A DNA stretch of 64,000 bases from Rotaria socialis (GCA_905331295.1 CAJNYD010000058.1:1-64000), one strand, 5' to 3'. Positions 26,213-40,899 are shown, counted from the stretch's first letter. Notes: generated by a model from the sequence alone, not told the origin. Translations and numbers: made by a program.

Positions 26213-29200
26213 ATGAAACGACGAACAAATTTGGACAGTATAAAAATAAGAAAATCTATTCGACGCTCTCGTCTTACTGAGGGTATTTATGGAAGGTAAC
26301 TAAGCGAAAAGAAAAATTCTTCTTTTTTTTCTATAGATATCATGATTACTATAAATATATTTAATTTATATATATTTTAGTGCATTAATATATCTCAAAT
26401 TTATTTGTATTTGGGGTATTATAATGGCAGCTGATTATTTACTTGAATTTCGCTTCGAATTTCTTTGGCCATTTTGGCTTGTTTTACGAAGTATTTATGA
26501 TTCATTTAAATACCAAGGATTGGTAAACAAAAACTAAAAGCTATCTAATTGAATTCGTTTGTTTTCTTGAATTCTTTCTTTTAGCTTTTCTCATTATTCT
26601 TTGTACTTATTGCATTCATAGCCGATCTCATTTGTTATATATTATTACCTATTCAATGGCTATTTTTTGCTGCAAGTAGCTATGTATGGATACAATATGT
26701 TTGGCAAACAGGTTTGTTTTAAAAATTTCGAGCTTTCGATATAACATTTTACTGTGTTTCCATAGAACGTGGTATCTGTTTGGGTACTGTTCTTTTGTGG
26801 GTATTGTTTGTTTGGCTTGAAGCATCAGTACGATTACGTGAAATTAAAACTATTGATCTTTGTCGACCATTTGCAGCCCATTGGTAATATATGCTTGAAT
26901 TGTTTTGATTTTCGATTATTATTTATATTTCTTAGTATTGGCTATCCAATGGTGACATTGGGATTTGGTTTTAAAACTTATCTTGCTTATAAATGGAGAT
27001 TGGTAAGATAAAATTCAAAGATAAAAATAACGTAAAATTGTATTTATTTTTTTCATTTTAATAGAGAAAACAGCGCGATGTCAGAAAAGTAAATGAATCA
27101 TATATTCAATTAGTTAATCACGCGCTACCAATTGAAGTTCAACAAGAAGTTGAAAAAGAAAAATTGAGTCGAGAGAAGGGTAAGTCATTGTTTGTCTTAG
27201 GCATATTCAAGAGTTAATTCTGTTTTTCTTTTTCTTACGAAAAGGTACATTTACTGAAACTTTTGATGAATGTACAACTCAAACAAATATCGATGGAACT
27301 TATCCATCATCATCGCCTTCTCCGGTGACATCAGTAACTAGTTTAAATCCCTCATCCACTAATTCAACACTGATTAATTCTCAAACACATTTAACTAACC
27401 AGTCAACATCATTACCTTGTACAGTATCAAAACGTCCACAAAAACTAAATAATAATGATGATGTGTTATCTACGAATTCACTTGTACAGACAACAACAAC
27501 AACACGTAATAATAAAATTTCAAATGGAAATGATGATGATTCTTCATCAACATATAAACAACAAAAAAAACAGTTGATCAAATCTTCCAATGCACAGAAT
27601 ACACAAAGTCGAAGACAACAAAAGAAACAAGAAAGAGAGCAGATACGTGCCACATCAAGAGATTCATCTTCATCATATAATAATGGATTTGCTACCAGTA
27701 TATCGATGGAAAATTCTGAAATCGATAAAAAGTAAATTTATCAAGAGAAAAAACAATTTTCTTCAGTAGTATCAAGGATCATCAATAGATCGATATAAAT
27801 TATAAATCTCTGGCAAACAATTGATATTCGCTATTTAGTTAAATATAAAATTGTCATCTAGATTTTCTAAGAAATAGTTATAGGATGTTTGTAGCAGCAT
27901 GAAAAAAATATCTCTTCTATTTTCTACGCAACTTGTAGACTCTAACTAGAATAGTTCAACAAACATTTAGATCTATTGAATTCAAATCTTTTCATAATGA
28001 ACTGATTCATTTTGAGTCTTCTAGAAGACGGATGATATTTTTCAGTGTTTTATCTAGGTTTCATTTTTCGGGTGAGCGGTTGAATTTTTTGGAGGGGCTG
28101 CTGGCTAGAAAATTTGTTATCACATAGTAACGGGTGGCCCATAAAGAATTGTGGTCTCATTATTTACTCAATATCTTTTTTGCTCTTCATTGATTTGAAC
28201 TGAACATTTTCCCAAAAGATTGAGCATTCAATTCTCTACAAACTCACGTGTAAAAGATTTTTTTAAACTACAAAACGGCTAAGTACTAAAACGAAGAAAA
28301 AATGTTAAAAAATCTTCAACTTTTAAGCACTAAATCCGTTCTTTTTGAAAATTTGCTTTACATGTGAGGATCTACAAAAAACTCAGTCTGCCATATTAAA
28401 GGGCATCAGCTTCTGGGCAAGATTCATGTCTTCGATTTTTTTTTCATTACAGAATGAGTAAAATATTCTGCATCAATATTTTCGCTTTTTCTAAAAAACA
28501 CAACTGTCATGTCATGTTTTTTATGCTTGTACTAAAACGCATGCCATTCACTTAAAAAGTGTTATTCTTGACGATTTGTTTTTTTTTGAAAGCCAACACA
28601 CTCGACTACATCCCTATACACTTGTTCGAGTGATGCAAAGTTTCGTTTGCAGTAGACTTGTAAACCGAAATTAAGACGTTATGGACGAGTTTTCAGAAAA
28701 CATCGATTTAATAGGCGAAGACCACTTTTAAAGAAATGTTTTTCACAGATATCGCAAAGAGCGTACTTGAAAATACCAGAAAATGTTTCTCCCGTAAATT
28801 AAGCCTGCGTATTAGTTGTCGAAACATACTCCAAATGTTAATGTATGTTGAACTTGAAAGTTGAAGATTTTTTAATCTTTTTTCTTCGTTTTAGTACTTA
28901 GCCGTTTTGTAGTTTTAAAAAATCTTTTGCACATGAGTTTGTAGAGAATTGAATGCTCAATCTTTTGGGAAAATGTTCAGTTCAAATCAATGAAGAGCAA
29001 AAACGATATTGAGTAAATAATGAGGCCACCCTTCTTTATGGGCTACCCGTTACTTTTATGAAATCAACTGTTTATTTTCGGGTGGGCGCCGTCCACCCTA
29101 CCCATACAGTAGATAGATCACTGGTCAGCGACACAGCCCATTCTCACACTCTAAATATACTTCCAGAGTTCAAAAGTTTACCATCTCATCCAGAGTTCTT

Positions 29201-31103
29201 TTTTATGAATCGTTATTTAATTTTCTTTAGCCTTCAAATAAATAAACTAGAAGTTGATATTCAACGACTAAATCAATCCATTGAAAAGCAAAAAACGTCC
29301 GAAATGCAACTGCGCATACAGTTATCCGATTTGAAAAATACCCGTAAAGATCTTGACGATTTGCGAGTAGAAAATTCAGCATTACAAACAAAGTATGCTA
29401 TATTAAATTTCTATTTGAAAATTAAAATTTTCTTATCTACTAATATCTTATCTAGATATGAATCGATCAATACACAACGGAATCGTGACAAACAACGTAT
29501 AGCAGACCTTGAAAAAAATGTAAATGAAGAAAAACAAACAAAACAACGATTAGAATCACAAATAAAAACAGAAAAAACATTGACAAAAAAACTGCAAGAT
29601 GATTTGACCAAATTAAATTCAACACCACCGAAGTTTGTTACATCATTTATTTGAATGTAGAACTTGTTTAAAGTTTCTTTTTTAGAAATGAATGTACAGA
29701 ACAATGCATTAAACGAAAACGAGACCAAGAGAATGAAACAAGAGAAATGCGGAAATTACTTAATGACAAAGATGAACGAATCAAATTACTTGACAATGAA
29801 ATTAAGGTATAGCGAAATGTTTTCAACGAAATACCACGACTTAGTATAAGACTTACTGAATTCAAATGATTTCTTAACAACTAACATGAAACATATTCTT
29901 TTTACTGCAGATTCTAAAATACTATTTTATTATTTCTCTACTACAATACAAGTATACATTATGAAAAAATATGTATGATAGATCTACATAGATCATCGAG
30001 TCTTATTACATTGAAATCGGCAAATGCAATAGTCGTATTACTACGTATAAGTTCGATAGGGTTCACTAACAGCATAGAACTCGTGTTTTGCCGTTCTTTC
30101 AAAAGTGGCTTGAGTAAAGGTAGGAGTGGTTTATCCATCATGGGCACACACCCACCCCCCTCTCTCTCTCTCTCTCTGAATCACATGGCAATACCAAATG
30201 TGATCAGTTAATACTAGACGTTTGTGTCTATCTGCAATGGTGAAAGCAGTGTTACGCACAGCTTGGTTACTAGACTCTTCGGATACGACTAAGCCTATCA
30301 TTATTCTCAATTTGTTACTAATATTAATGATAATTTTTGACATTAACCAAGGTCGAAAAAATCCAAAACTGACGGCTGTATATTTTGATAGTATCATTAA
30401 CAGCAAAACATTTGGAATGATTCATAATTGTTATCTAAAGATGAATTCATTTTTTTTATCAAATGATCAACTAGAACATGTTAGGAAACTATTGATTATC
30501 AAAGTAGAATAGGAGAGATATATTCAATTTTTTTTCTCTTAAATCAACAGTTTATTTTATTAATTATAGTAATTTAATATAATTTTAGTCTCTTATAAAA
30601 TATCGAGAATCTCAAGCGGATACAGAAGTGCTCTATCAACATTTAACACAATTACAAGAACGAAATGCACAATTACAGGATAGTTTGAGTGCTGAAACAC
30701 GAATAAAACTCGATCTATTTTCTGCACTTGGTGAAGTTAAACGACAACTTGAAATAGCCAATAGTTTGTATTGCGAAAAAAATTTCGACAATCCAAAAAG
30801 AACTTTTATTTTTCTTTCATTTCAGATGCAATTCGAGAAAAGGAACGTGAATTAATTGCTGCACTTCATTCCCAACATCAAGTAAATAATTGTTTATTTA
30901 ATGGTCGTCCTCAAACATCGGGACATTCATCACCAACAAATCAACTAATTGATACAAACAATAATCCAACAACGAGTCCATCATCGGTATTTTATTCACC
31001 TCCAATAACTATAACACCACCACCATTACAAAATGCTACATCCAATCTCGATCCTAACGCCCAAGATTTTTGCTTGCCAACGCATTCGACAAATAACAAT
31101 TAA
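26213..31103 (+). CDS. MACO1: Macoilin (TMEM57), multi-exon
   Basis: N-terminus MKRR...TEGIYGS, DYLLEFRFEFLWPFWLVLRSIYDSFKYQGL, DLCRPFAAH and IGYPMVTLGFGFK. Coiled-coil C-terminus LQDSLSAETRIKLDLFSALG, ending near LDPNA. Stop TAA at 31101-31103. Confidence 0.95.
28043..29123. mobile_element. Outer MITE with short TIRs, interrupted by a nested element, in a macoilin intron
   Basis: Left end cagtgttttatcta; right end tagatagatcactg (reverse complement cagtgatctatcta). An internal ttttcgggtg motif occurs in both halves. Confidence 0.6.
28126..29054. mobile_element. Non-autonomous DNA transposon (MITE/foldback) with ~200-bp terminal inverted repeats
   Basis: 28126-28323 (agtaacgggtggcccataaagaa...aaaatcttcaacttt) is the near-perfect reverse complement of 28857-29054 (aaagttgaagatttt...gggctacccgttact). 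There is no internal ORF. Confidence 0.9.
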
Positions 31104-31819
31104 TATCTATATATAAAATAAGATTTATTAGAAGAAGAAAAAAAGAATGATGACAACATCCATCTTTATTTTTAGATTATCATATCATGCATAGAGTTCT
31201 CTTTTTGAATCAATGTTTTTTCCTTATTCGTAAACATGTGTGTTTGTTTGTTTGATGTATACATTGTTTCTTTTTTTTTCTTTTCTGCTATTTCTTTATA
31301 TTATTTAATGAAGATGCAAATCGTGCTCTTTCCGCACAATTATTTTGATCGTTATTATCATCGTTAAACATCTCATTCGCTTGGCTTTTCTAAGGGTATT
31401 TTTGTCTTTTCTTCCTTTATGTGTATTTGTCTGAAACATCATCATGATTGTTGTCGTCTGTTTTGTTTGCATATACAAGAAAGATAAAAGAAATACAATA
31501 ATTAACCATATTTTTTGGTAGATTATTACTGATATAATTGTTTTTCTTTGTTTAAATTAATTTTTACTTGACAAAATCAAATCAGAAGTTTCAACTTTCT
31601 TAAAACTGAAATCAATTGTTTTCCAAGGTCAATGTTAATGAGTAGAAAATAGAGGGAGCTAATATTCTACTTTTTTCTTCATGTTCAAAGAACAGTTGAA
31701 CTCCGACTATCGGAGTTGTCAAAAAAGAAAATAACAATAGATCTTATTGATAATGAAATTTTTTTGGTTGATTCATTTTAGATTTTTTAAGAAAATTTCG
31801 AATTAGAATAAATGTAACA

Positions 31820-33709
31820 ATGACTAGTCGTCGAATAAAACTTCTCATACCTAGAGATCGTGCTGAATTAATCCCCTTGCTTTTCACAATATTTCTTATT
31901 TGTTTGTATGTTACATTTGAATTATGTGTTATATTACCAACAATTTATCACAATATATTTACTTATAAAGAAATTTTTCATCTTATATTTGGTTTTTATG
32001 TTATTTTCAATTTAATTGGAAATCTATACATATGTATGATTACTGATACATCTATTAATACGATAATCTGTCCCGTTTTACTACCATCAACAATAGTTAA
32101 TTCTATATCAACAAGAAAAACTCAACAAGATATTATTTATTATCACTGCAATTGGCATTATTGTCATAGTTGTGAAGTAAATGTTCCACCACGATCTCAA
32201 CATTGTCATATATGTAAAATCTGTATTTTAAAACGTGATCATCATTGTGTTTTTCTTGGGCGATGCATTGGCTTTAGAAATATTCGTTATTATATGTGTT
32301 TTCTCGTGTGGACTTGGGTAAAAATCTTCATATGATTATGATTCGTTTTTTTCATTGAGTCAAATTTTATTTTTCAGATTGGCTTAGTCTATTGCAATAT
32401 TCTTCATATGGATTATACCTATGAACTTGTTGGAACTTTTTCATGGCGTGTTATGATTTGTAAGTTAATTTGAGGATAAATATTATTTGTGACAAAAGAA
32501 AATTCCATATTCACAGACCTTATATCTTAAGGTCATATCATTGATTAAAGAATCTGTTAGTGAAATCCCTGTAGGATTGAAACGTGACAGATAGTAGAGC
32601 TAATGATATCGTACACGAGAGCACTCATTAACATTTGTTTCGAATTTATTATTAATATTCAGTAGTAAAAAATGTTGATCATGAAGAATGATAAACATAA
32701 TCTACGCGAAACAATTTGAGAGAAAAGTAAAAATAATCACTATCTTAGTAGCAGTTGAGTTTCATGTTAATTTTGGAGTAGATTCTAATCTTATGAGTAT
32801 GTCTATCATGATAAAGTAATTAAAATGTCTGTTTCACAGAGATAATCTAAATTTTCTTTTCTCTATTTCTGCACAATTTTCGATAATAAATTTTAGAAAA
32901 ACAAATTTCAATATTTTCTTCTTCTTCTCAATTACAAGTCTGATGGTATTTTCAGGCTATATCTTTACATCTTAATAAGTATCATTTTTTACTATAGACC
33001 GAAGTCCTTTCGTGATTTCAATAGAAAATATGGATATTACGAAATATTAAATTTTTTTTTAATGAACTATCACAATAACCTATGTCACATTAGTGAGCTG
33101 TAATTGTTAAGCTTCTCTTAATTTGTTAGATGTTCCTCACAAAGATTTGTTTAACATGACGAATCAATATTCTTCTATGAATCTCTATTAGGTAGACTTG
33201 ATTTGACGTAGTCGATTATTAGAGAAATTCGCAACAAATTTGTGAATTGTGTAGTAGATCTAATATCAAATGCACTTCTATTCTCGAATTATACCTATTC
33301 AAATGCTCTCTATGAAGTTCTACTTCAATAGAAAATTATTCTTTATATTTTAGCGTGTCTTTGTCCACTTATTGCATGGTTATTTAATTTTGTCGATCAT
33401 TTCTCACTTTTACTTTCCTGTATTTGCTCAACATCGATTATTCTTAGTCTTTATGTGTTATTTTTAATAATTCAACAAAGTTTTCTTATAAGCAATAGTC
33501 AAACATGGTATGAATATGATAAAGATATTCATATGTATAATACAGGAAAAAGTCTTCGATTCAATTTACAACTTGTTTTTGGTAAACGATGGTACTTAGC
33601 ATTATTAAATCCACTCATGTCATCGCAACCATTAGGTGATGGTATGTCGTTTGATATGCATAGAAGTGAAACACGTGATGCGCAAAATACTGGTACAAAA
33701 TACATTTGA
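31820..33709 (+). CDS. DHHC-type palmitoyltransferase (ZDHHC24-like), 3 coding exons
   Basis: CHSCEVNVPPRSQHCHICKICILKRDHHCVFLGRCIGFRN, multiple TM helices, and C-terminal NLQLVFGKRWYLALLNP...GDG. Exons at ~31820-32317, 32379-32460 and 33354-33709. Confidence 0.92.
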
Positions 33710-33740
33710 ATCTCGATTAAAATTATTAAAATAAAATATT

Positions 33741-33783
33741 TTTCTTTTCTTTTCTTTTCTTTTCTTTCCTTTTCTTTTCTTCT
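33741..33783. repeat. (TTTTC)n pyrimidine tract between the ZDHHC and jagunal genes
   Basis: Directly visible pentamer repeat. Confidence 0.85.
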
Positions 33784-33838
33784 ATTTATTATAATTCATT
33801 GACATTATAGCGCAATACAAATTTGTTTTCTGTTTCAG

Positions 33839-34408
33839 ATGTCTCTCCCAGGTTCACAACGTGTTGCTGGTACTGATGGAAGTGATTTTCATCATCGTGA
33901 ACGCATAGCTGAACATTATCGTGTTAGTATAGAAACTAAACCACGTCTACGAATATTAATTTATCTTCATTTTGTTCTTGCTTTGCTTGTTCTTTTCCAA
34001 CTCGTGACATATCATGTACCATTAATAAAAACCGTAAAAACTCCACGACCACATCTGTGGCAGTACATATGGATTATGACTATTCTACCATCAATATGTG
34101 GTCTCTTGTCAATGAATAAAAATCATCTATTTTTAATGAAATTATTTTTTCGTGGTACAGTTACACTCGGCTTAGGTACAATAATGACAACAATTATACT
34201 TAATTTAAGTGATTTGTTTACGTTTAAAAAATTAAAATCCAATCATCACTTAGATGAAGTTGAACCACAAACCTTTCTTGGCTTTCCATTATTAATACTA
34301 TGGTATATATTTTTGATAATCATGGTTCAAATACATGCATTCAGTTTATATATGGCTAATATTTTATTACATAGTTGGCAACAATATAAGTCAACCAAAC
34401 AAAATTAA
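33839..34408 (+). CDS. JAGN1: Protein jagunal homolog
   Basis: Diagnostic N-terminus GSQRVAGTDGSDFHHRERIAEHY, four TM segments, and C-terminal QIHAFSLY. Confidence 0.93.
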   Translation: MSLPGSQRVAGTDGSDFHHRERIAEHYRVSIETKPRLRILIYLHFVLALLVLFQLVTYHVPLIKTVKTPRPHLWQYIWIMTILPSICGLLSMNKNHLFLMKLFFRGTVTLGLGTIMTTIILNLSDLFTFKKLKSNHHLDEVEPQTFLGFPLLILWYIFLIIMVQIHAFSLYMANILLHSWQQYKSTKQN

Positions 34409-35461
34409 AATTTTAAGAAAGATTTGATAAACCCCTATGTGTGATTCTTTTTTGTGCAATCTTTTTCCTCAGTTGATTTATTAATAAATAACGAATGGAA
34501 ATATAGGGAAAAGAAGAAAAATGAAAAAAAAAACACATTTTTAAAATCTTATACATGATATTCTTTAGAAAAATGCCAAAGTTTGATATGGTAATATAGA
34601 ATATTTTCTGTAAAGTTAGCGAGAACTTAGTAATATTAAAACAAAAATTATTTTCAAACAACTAGTATAGAGAGTATGTTGACGCTGAGTCAACTACGCT
34701 GAAACCTATTGAATGACTACTGTCAAAAGTTTTAGTTGTGCCAAATATTTTAATCCTATGTTGAACCGCACAGTACTCTTATAATGTAAGAAATATGCAA
34801 AATTTGCATTGTTTGCATTGACAAGCCAATTAGAATATTAACGAAACCAAATGATAGATCTTTATCAATTGCAAGTATTATAGAGACATGAGAATTTGGT
34901 TTAAAGATCGTATACTCTTATAAAAGAAAAACAATAGCCGTAGAAAACTAAATTCTGACAGATCAAAACCATTTGTTTATATTATTGACGTGGTCATTTT
35001 ATCATAAAATTCTATCAAGAATTCTGCTTTTAATGTAGCCTTGTAAAAAAAAGTCATTACATGAATGATAACATATCTCATAAAATGATGAAAGCTCGTC
35101 CTTATAACTTGTTTCTTTTTGTTCAAAGAGTAGATCATCGATTGCAAGTAATACTTATCAGAAAATATCAATTTGATTGACATGTATGTCGACATCACAA
35201 TGTCTATAATCACGATGAATGAATTGATGATGATTTCTTTCTACACTCAGAAAAAAACTCTTTCCAATAGAATATTTATCTTAGCTGATGTATAAGGCCA
35301 AAACAAAAAGTTAGAGAAACAAAATGATGCCGATATTAATGTGCATGAAGGTTTATTAAAGAAGAAGAAGAAGAAGAAGAATACATATAGTTAACACGAA
35401 AAACTCAGCTTAAAAAAAGAAGTATATATGTAAGTCTATACTGTTGAATTGATTTTCGTAT

Positions 35462-36790
<1,329 letters not shown>

Positions 36791-36869
36791 CTACTCTTTG
36801 TAAGATTAACAGATAGATTGAATCGTGAATATAACAAGATATAGAAGGCAATCGTATAATGGATAGTAC

Positions 36870-36992
36870 AGAGTGTTATATAGTATTTGCTATTTTTCTC
36901 TTTTCTTGTCTTGCATACCATATTAGGATATACACGATAATCTTGGTGGTTTTCTTGTATAGAAAAAGGGAAACGAACAATTCCTTATTTGG
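36870..36992 (-). promoter_or_regulatory. Actin promoter: TATA box plus two CArG (SRF-binding) boxes
   Basis: CCATATTAGG at 36918-36927 and CCTTATTTGG at 36983-36992 both fit CC(A/T)6GG. TATATAA lies on the minus strand at ~36875-36881. Confidence 0.75.
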
Positions 36993-39900
36993 TAATATGG
37001 AATTGCGATACAGAAAAGAGGAAATAATGCACAACTATAGATATGTATATATCAACATATGTGTATATATATGTATTGCATGCAATGAACTGTACAAAAG
37101 TATTGCATCGAATGCCTACACATATTATTATTAGTCTGAATATTTTCTCCATTCTCTTGATTTATATATAGCGTTAAAAGGACAAGCCATTGTAGAAGTT
37201 AGGTACCTACGATTCTGAGCAACAAACAAGATAGAAGAGAGCGAAAAGGAACGTTGTATATGTCAATAACGATTACACAAGCTAAATCATAACAACATCA
37301 ACAAATTTCTTTCTGCTAATCGCATAGATAGAGCACTTAATGATTGAGCTGTTGACTCTACAAGATCCAATTGACATTTAGAATAAAACACACAAGTAAA
37401 GGTTTTGATATGTATGTTAAGTACAACAAATGAAAAATATTTGAAGAGAAGATATTTCCAATTTCTTTTTATCGATCAGTACATTTATTAGTATTCAACT
37501 CGAATCCTTATTTTGATTATTATTTTCTATTCTTGATAATACAATTAGAAATCTTATGGTTCATTCAGTTTCTTCTGTGAAACTTTTCGAAACATTCTTC
37601 ATTGATTAATTCTATTGATATAATCGCTTAATAATAACGGAACGCCCTGTCGATGAAAATATTGAATCGATTTCCATTAATAATTATATTGCTGGTTATA
37701 GTTTACATAGTCATATTAGTAATTTATAAGGATCAAATACTAATTATAGATAGCAGGCTATTTTGGGTACAACCAGTGAACAGCTGCAAAGAAATAGTTA
37801 ACCAGTTGATTTTCTCAAAGCTTTGTTATAATCTCATAAAATCAATCTATTTCATTCTTGAAATTCTAATATTACGTTATGAATCTTCGTAATATGACCT
37901 CAAAACTCTAAACTCTCCATTTGTGAACTTTATTCAAGACTTTGTAACTATATTCATTAATATCCATTAGGCAAAAAGTAATATAGATAAAAAAATGAAT
38001 TCTTCGAGTAATAATATTGATTTCATAGAATTAATAATTGTTACGTTTTCGAAATTGATATTTGGCCCTCAACAATCATGATCGATAAAATAAACTAGGG
38101 CACAAAAGATCAATCATATCTATGCTTGTAGCTCTAATAAAATCAGTAATTTCCCTTCGAGCGATGCTAGACTTAATCTTAAAAAAAAAGGAAATGAAAG
38201 TATAATTCAATTATTGATCATATTTGCAAGTGGATTCAAGTAAAAACAAAACCATGTCGAGATATTCCATACACTTTTAACTGCATGGGTTTATCGAAGT
38301 ACACACTACGGTTTTTATTTGATGTTAGTCAGTATTCTATGCTCTAACTATTTTTCTTCTTGATATTCAATAATTCGTAAGTATACTGTACAGAAAGTTT
38401 TACATTTTTCTGGGTACGAGGCATGCAGCAGTACCAATCAAAAAAAAATGATATTACTGATGCTGAGGGTGTGGGTCTTTTAACGTCAACAACCACACAA
38501 ACCTACATCCCACACACCCACATCCTGATGGCAAATAATTATAAATCAAGTAAATCTTAACAAAAATCCTTTGATTAATTTGTTCACGAGTAAAAATATA
38601 GACGACAAATGATGATATGCAAATGAAGCGTGATCAAATAAATAATCAAATCTGTTGATACTAACTAATGGTTAGAACACATAAACTTAGCTTTTCGTAT
38701 CATCACAAGATGTTCTACTGTTTAAAAAGATACATGTCAAAGTGTTTTTTCTTGTGAAATTTTTAAAACCTAGTTTACCAGTATATCTAGATCATGTTGT
38801 TGATCAGTACTATGCTCATATATATTGACATATACATGAGTTGACCAAGAAATCTATTAGAGATAACTGTTCGCTGATTCACAATTGTGCAAATAGAAAC
38901 AAAAAGAAAGAACGAAATATTTACTTAAATATCATATCAACAACATAGTTCAGTGGCATAAGTTACATAAAAAAATGAGAGCTGAAGATAAGAAGGGAAA
39001 AGTACAATAGAAATACAACATGTGATGATTAATACACAATAAACAGTAGTTCAATCTAGAAAAACACAACTGAAGAAGAAAGTAAAAGAAAACATTAATA
39101 TGGATACTAATATTGAGGCTATTGATGTAATAGGATCATTTCTTTTTCAGATTATTATTCTTCATTTTTTAGATGCCTGTTTTCTTTTTCGAAACGAGAA
39201 CAATTCTAAAACAAAGGAAAGATGAGTATCACTTTAAAATATTTTATTCAAATGGTGCTTAAAATTAAAAAGAAAATAAATTTCCGGAACGATTTACTGA
39301 AGTCTAGACTACCATTGAATGAAACACTGAGGCTGATATGAGTTTCCCTATTCAAGTTCGAATATTAATGAAAACTAAATGCCTTGTATGAATTCGAGAA
39401 TAGCTGAAAATCAGATGAAAACATCACTCACCCCCCACCCTCTCAAAGACGCAATAAGAGAGCACAAGACAAATTTACTGTAGATTTTAATTATCGACCT
39501 GGTTGAGACAATTCTCAAATGAACCCTTATATAATATATCACTTGAGATGCTTTAGCCACTCACCTAGCATGCTAAAGTGGCCATCACAAATGCTACAGT
39601 CACCAACTAATAGACTCTACTCAGAAAATATATTGCTATGTAAAGCAACTTCTGAAAAATTATAGTTAGTCTGATATTTAATGCTTAGAAAACTTTGAAT
39701 CAGTATCGTGATCAGAATACATGATAATGCTACTTTAATTCTTACATTCAGTCATTGAGTAAATCTGTAGCGATATATATATATATATATCTACGAGTGT
39801 CAACTACAATTCAACTATACAATGAATGATTCGGCTACTTAACTAACCATTTACTTCGCTTCCGCGAACTATACATTTTTCTTTCTACTAACATGAATAA

Positions 39901-40101
39901 GTATGCAACCCAGAAGGACAGATATCGATTTTAAATCGGTGATTGATTGCTTACATGTTTTATTTTGCGTCTTATGTCACTGAGCAGTAGCGAGTTCTAT
40001 CTAATTTCAACTCTTGTGAGATCTTCATATCTAGTTACTCGGTGTTAAAGTGAATGAATTTAAGCGAAATTTTGTGAAATATCATGATTTCCTAAAACTG
40101 T

Positions 40102-40495
40102 ATTTTGCCGTTATATGTAAGTTGCTAAAGTTTGTATCTAAGTATCGCCATCAGATGATGATAAATATTCGTCATCATTGATGTCCATTGGAGTGACGAT
40201 TGTTGTCATAGTAAGATTATAACTGTGCCGATATTGATTGCACGCTTCGATGATTCTCCTTCCTCTTCCTTCTGTTCTCTTTCCATTGGTGTAATATCTC
40301 TCTCTCTTGTCTCTCTTCTATCTCTCTCCTATATNGCATTTTGCCGTTATTTGTAAGTTGCTAAAGTTTGTATCTAAGTATCGCCATCAGATGATGATAA
40401 ATATTCGTCATCATTGATGTCCATTGGAGTGACGATTGTTGTCATAGTAAGATTATAACTATGAGTGTTTTCACTAGATCTAAAGAAACCAGTGG
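40102..40495 (-). pseudogene. Truncated copy of exon 1/5' UTR of the 2OG-oxygenase-like gene; present twice around the N at 40336
   Basis: Encodes MTTIVTPMDINDDEYLSSSDGDT* versus MTTIVTPMEITDDEDISSSDTDTW at 48655 (TGG to TAG). The upstream agatctaaag.aaccagt is shared. 40102-40223 is repeated at 40339-40460. Confidence 0.85.
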
Positions 40496-40677
40496 CTCAA
40501 GTCGAGAAATACGGCTCGATTCCGCCCGAAACCTGCAGTACCCTGGCAAAACCGGCAGCTGGATACAGTCATTGAACTCCTGACATTTCCCGGTGGTTTC
40601 TTGTCGGAAGTGGCGCGTTTCCTGCGGGTTTCTGTCGGAAATTGACGGAATACTCCTTCAGGAATCTTCGACCTAGG
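40496..40677. mobile_element. 182-bp GC-rich MITE with degenerate TIRs and a 3-bp TSD
   Basis: Ends ctcaagtcga ... tcgacctagg, flanked on both sides by TGG. GC content contrasts sharply with the flanks. Confidence 0.65.
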
Positions 40678-40899
40678 TGGTAAACTACCTATTGAGCTAG
40701 ATACGCTGATATAGTTGATGGAAAGTATCGAATCAATTTGTTGCGTCATCTGTCGTTTTTTCCCCAGATTGGTTGAATTAGCTAAAGAGCGAATGTGAAC
40801 CGGCAGACCAGCAGGCAGACAGACAATCACGCAATTGTTTGTTTTTTATATTGAAATAAATTACCGCTGCCTATTCAACGAAATCATTACAATTGTGAA

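Noticed and set aside
29058..29230. N-terminal part of the 198-aa ORF
   Set aside because: Intronic/MITE sequence in frame with the macoilin exon that begins after the AG at ~29230.
29959..30512. Several short ORFs inside macoilin
   Set aside because: They lie in an intron containing simple repeats and have no coding signature.
40480..40830. 116-aa minus-strand ORF
   Set aside because: It runs through the GC-rich MITE, so the open frame is explained by low stop-codon density.
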